A DNA stretch of 64,000 nt from Heterodontus francisci (lineage: Eukaryota). Position numbers and translations under genes: made by a program. The notes under the pieces are model-generated. The model was given only the letters and a program-made list of their open reading frames with translations. It searched no databases and had not been told where the DNA came from. Shown piece by piece: positions 61,542-64,000 of the stretch. Within the stretch, counting starts at the first letter, position 1; each line of letters starts with the position of its first letter. The stretch spans positions 6,800,123-6,864,122 of the forward strand of contig NC_090412.1 of assembly GCF_036365525.1 (NCBI RefSeq), in the 5' to 3' direction.

Positions 61542-63200
61542 ATAGTAAAACATCTCAAGGCATTTCACAGGAGAGTAATGAGACAAAAAACTTGGTCAAA
61601 GAGGTAGGTTTTAAGGAGCATCTTAAAGGAGGAGAGGCGGAGAGATTTAGGGAGGGAATTTTAGAGTTTAGTACCGAGGCAGCTGAAGGCACAGCTGCCA
61701 AGGATGCAGTGATGAAAATCAGGGATGCAAAAGAGACCCAAATTGGAGGAGCGCAGAGATCTCAGAGAGTTGTAGGACCAGAGGATGTTCTTCTTCTTTG
61801 GCCTCCTTATCTCGAGAGACAATGGGTAAGCGCCTGCAGGTGGTCAGTGGTGTGTGGAGCAGCACCTGGAGTAACTATGAAGGCCAATTCTAGAGTGACA
61901 GGCTCTTCTACAGGTGCTGCAAAAAAAATGTGTTTGTCGGGGCTGTTGCACAGTTGGCTCACCCCTTGCACCTCTCTTTTTTCCTGCCAACTGCTAAGTC
62001 TCTTCGACTCGCCACACTTTAGCCTCGCCTTTATGGCTGCCCGCCAGCTCTGGCGAACACTGGCAACTGACTCCCACGACTTGTGATCAATGTCACAGGA
62101 CTTCATGTCGCGTTTGAATGTGTCTTTGGGGATCCTGCCATCTTCCATGCGGCTCACATGGCCAAGCCATCTCAAGCGCCGCTGACTCAGTAGTGTGTAT
62201 AAGCTGGGGATGTTGGCCGCCTCGAGGACTTTGCACAGGCTAAAAAGCTGTAAGGGATCTGAACATAAGGGTGAGAATTAAAAATTTGAGGCTTTGCTGG
62301 TCTCTGCGCCAATGTAGGTCAGCGAGGACAGGGAGTCGTAGGTGAATGGGGCTCGGTGTAAGTTAAGATATGGGCAGCAGGGTTTTGGATGAGCTCAAGT
62401 TTACAGAAGATGGGAGGTTGGCATTGGGAGGGCATTGTAATAGCCAAGTCTAGAGGTAACAAAAGCATGGATGAGAGTTTCAGCAGCAGATGGGCTGAGG
62501 CAGGGGCAGAGACGGGTAATAATACAGAGATGGAAGTAAATGGTCTTAGTGATGGAGAGGAAATGGTGTTGGAAGCTCAGCTGAGGATCAAATACAACAC
62601 TGAAGTTGCAAACAGTTTGGCTTAACCTCAGACAGTAGCCAAAGAGAGGGATGAAATCATGGTTAGGAATTGGAGTTTGTGGCAGGGATTGAAGACACTG
62701 GCTTGGAATTTCCCAACATTTAATTAGAGAAAATTTCTGCTCATCCAATACCAGACGTCAGATAAGCATTGTAACAAATCAGAGGCAGTGGAAGGCTCAA
62801 GAGGGTGGTAGTGAGGTAGAGCTGGGAGCCGTCAGTGTACAACTGGAACCTGATGTTGCGTTTTCAGATGATGTCACCAAGGGGCAGCATGTAGGTGGAA
62901 AATTGGAGGGGGCCTAGATCACTAGGGGACACCAGAGGTAACGACGTGGGAGTGGGAAGAGCAGCCATTGCGGGAGGTTCTCTAGCTACGACTGACTAGA
63001 TAAGAATGGAGAAGAATGGAGCCAGGCGAGGGCAATCCCACTCAGCTGGACACCGGGGGAGAGGCATTGGAGGAGGATAGTGTGACCAACTGCGTCAAAG
63101 ACTACAGACAGGTCAAGAAAGACATGGAGGGATAATGCACCATGAGCACAGACACATAGGATGTCATTTGTGACTTTGATGAGGGCAATTTCAGTGCTGC
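61542..63200 (-). mobile_element. Degenerate L2-clade LINE (RT fragments), interrupted by the RTE fragment
   Basis: STEIALIKVTNDIL..LDLSVVFDAVGHTILL and AETLIHAFVTSRLGYYNAL are L2 RT and C-terminal signatures; the tail continues at about 60230-60268. Confidence 0.8.
61787..62231 (-). mobile_element. Short 3' RTE fragment with an internal deletion, inserted into an L2 element
   Basis: Matches the 3' end of RTE copies 1 and 2; about 66 nt deleted near 62116; (GAA)n tail. Confidence 0.88.
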
Positions 63201-64000
63201 AACTCATTCAGAATGAAAGTTGACAAAGTTGAATTGCTACTTCCTGATTGGCTTCGACTTCACTTTTCAAACGTTGCATTGCCCTGCTTTGAGGGTCTTT
63301 GCTCTTCTGCACGGAGTCTCATTAAAAAAACTCCCAGACTCCCCTGCAAACCTGATTTATTGGGTATGTAATACTTAACTCCAGCCACTCAATGGCACTA
63401 TGTAGAAACAGAGCAAACTGTGTAACTGCAACTTTACAAATATCAGAGAAAAATCAGAGCGGACCAAAAGTGTTATTGCTCCCCAATTTGTGAATGGGAG
63501 AAGCTTTTTTAAAACTCAGCATTTATTAACTGTCCATTAACTATTCATTACAATAACTCTTAGAAATGTCAAAGATTTATTCCAGACATCTGACTCACCA
63601 CCTTTGTTCTGTTCTGTAAGTGAAAGAAATTAAACCACGACATTAAAAAAAAAACAAGGCGCTGTTTGTTTTTGTAAAGGTTGGAATAATGAGTTATGCT
63701 GTCAAATTTCTCATTGGTTTTGTTCTGGGTCAGAGAGGTTCGATCTGATCAGACCCACCTGGAGTGCTGCATTCAGTTCTGGGCACCGCAGATCAGGAAG
63801 GATATATTGGCCCAGGAGGAAGTGAAGTGCAGATTCACCAGAATAATACTAACAGTTAGATTATGGATCATAAATAAATTATAAATTGCATAGCTTTATG
63901 GTTCTCAAACTGGTGTCCACGGAGTGGCATGGTTGTTTCAACTAAGAGGCGAGCACGCATGGAGGAGTGCCAAGAGTGGCATGAACATCTGAGCAATTTA

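Noticed and set aside
61451-62086. 211-aa plus-strand ORF
   Set aside because: Chimeric antisense reading across LTR, L2 and RTE fragments; no coherent protein.
1-64000. CRISPR arrays, prokaryotic operons or rRNA genes
   Set aside because: None seen; the window is intron-rich vertebrate DNA with no regular repeat-spacer array.

Overview
Vertebrate genomic DNA, almost certainly from a cartilaginous fish (shark), judged from HE1-like V-SINEs, SacSINE1/DeuSINE-like SINEs and shark-type CR1/L2 fragments. Three protein-coding genes lie on the minus strand. (1) A complete hnRNP D/DL/AB-family gene: 7 coding exons, 356 aa, CDS 58829->34919, with a spliced 3' UTR that carries the conserved hnRNP D/DL NMD poison exon. 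(2) A complete BLOC1S2 gene: 5 exons, 190 aa, 26117->17393, with an unusual poly-Glu N-terminal extension. (3) The first coding exon of an EF-hand protein resembling SCaMC/SLC25A23-25 carriers, continuing out of the window to the left. The remainder is repeat-rich: a near-intact full-length RTE-clade LINE with a structured 5' end (about 73-bp hairpin plus a pseudoknot), two truncated RTE copies, three solo LTRs, hAT-type MITEs, a palindromic Penelope-derived hammerhead-motif element with a 15-bp TSD, and many SINE, CR1 and L2 fragments. The strongest leads are a possible fourth hnRNP D-family ohnolog next to BLOC1S2, a candidate AUF1-exon-2-like cassette exon, the RTE 5' RNA structures and the small hammerhead-bearing mobile palindrome. 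All calls were made by eye and from recalled family knowledge; no searches were run.
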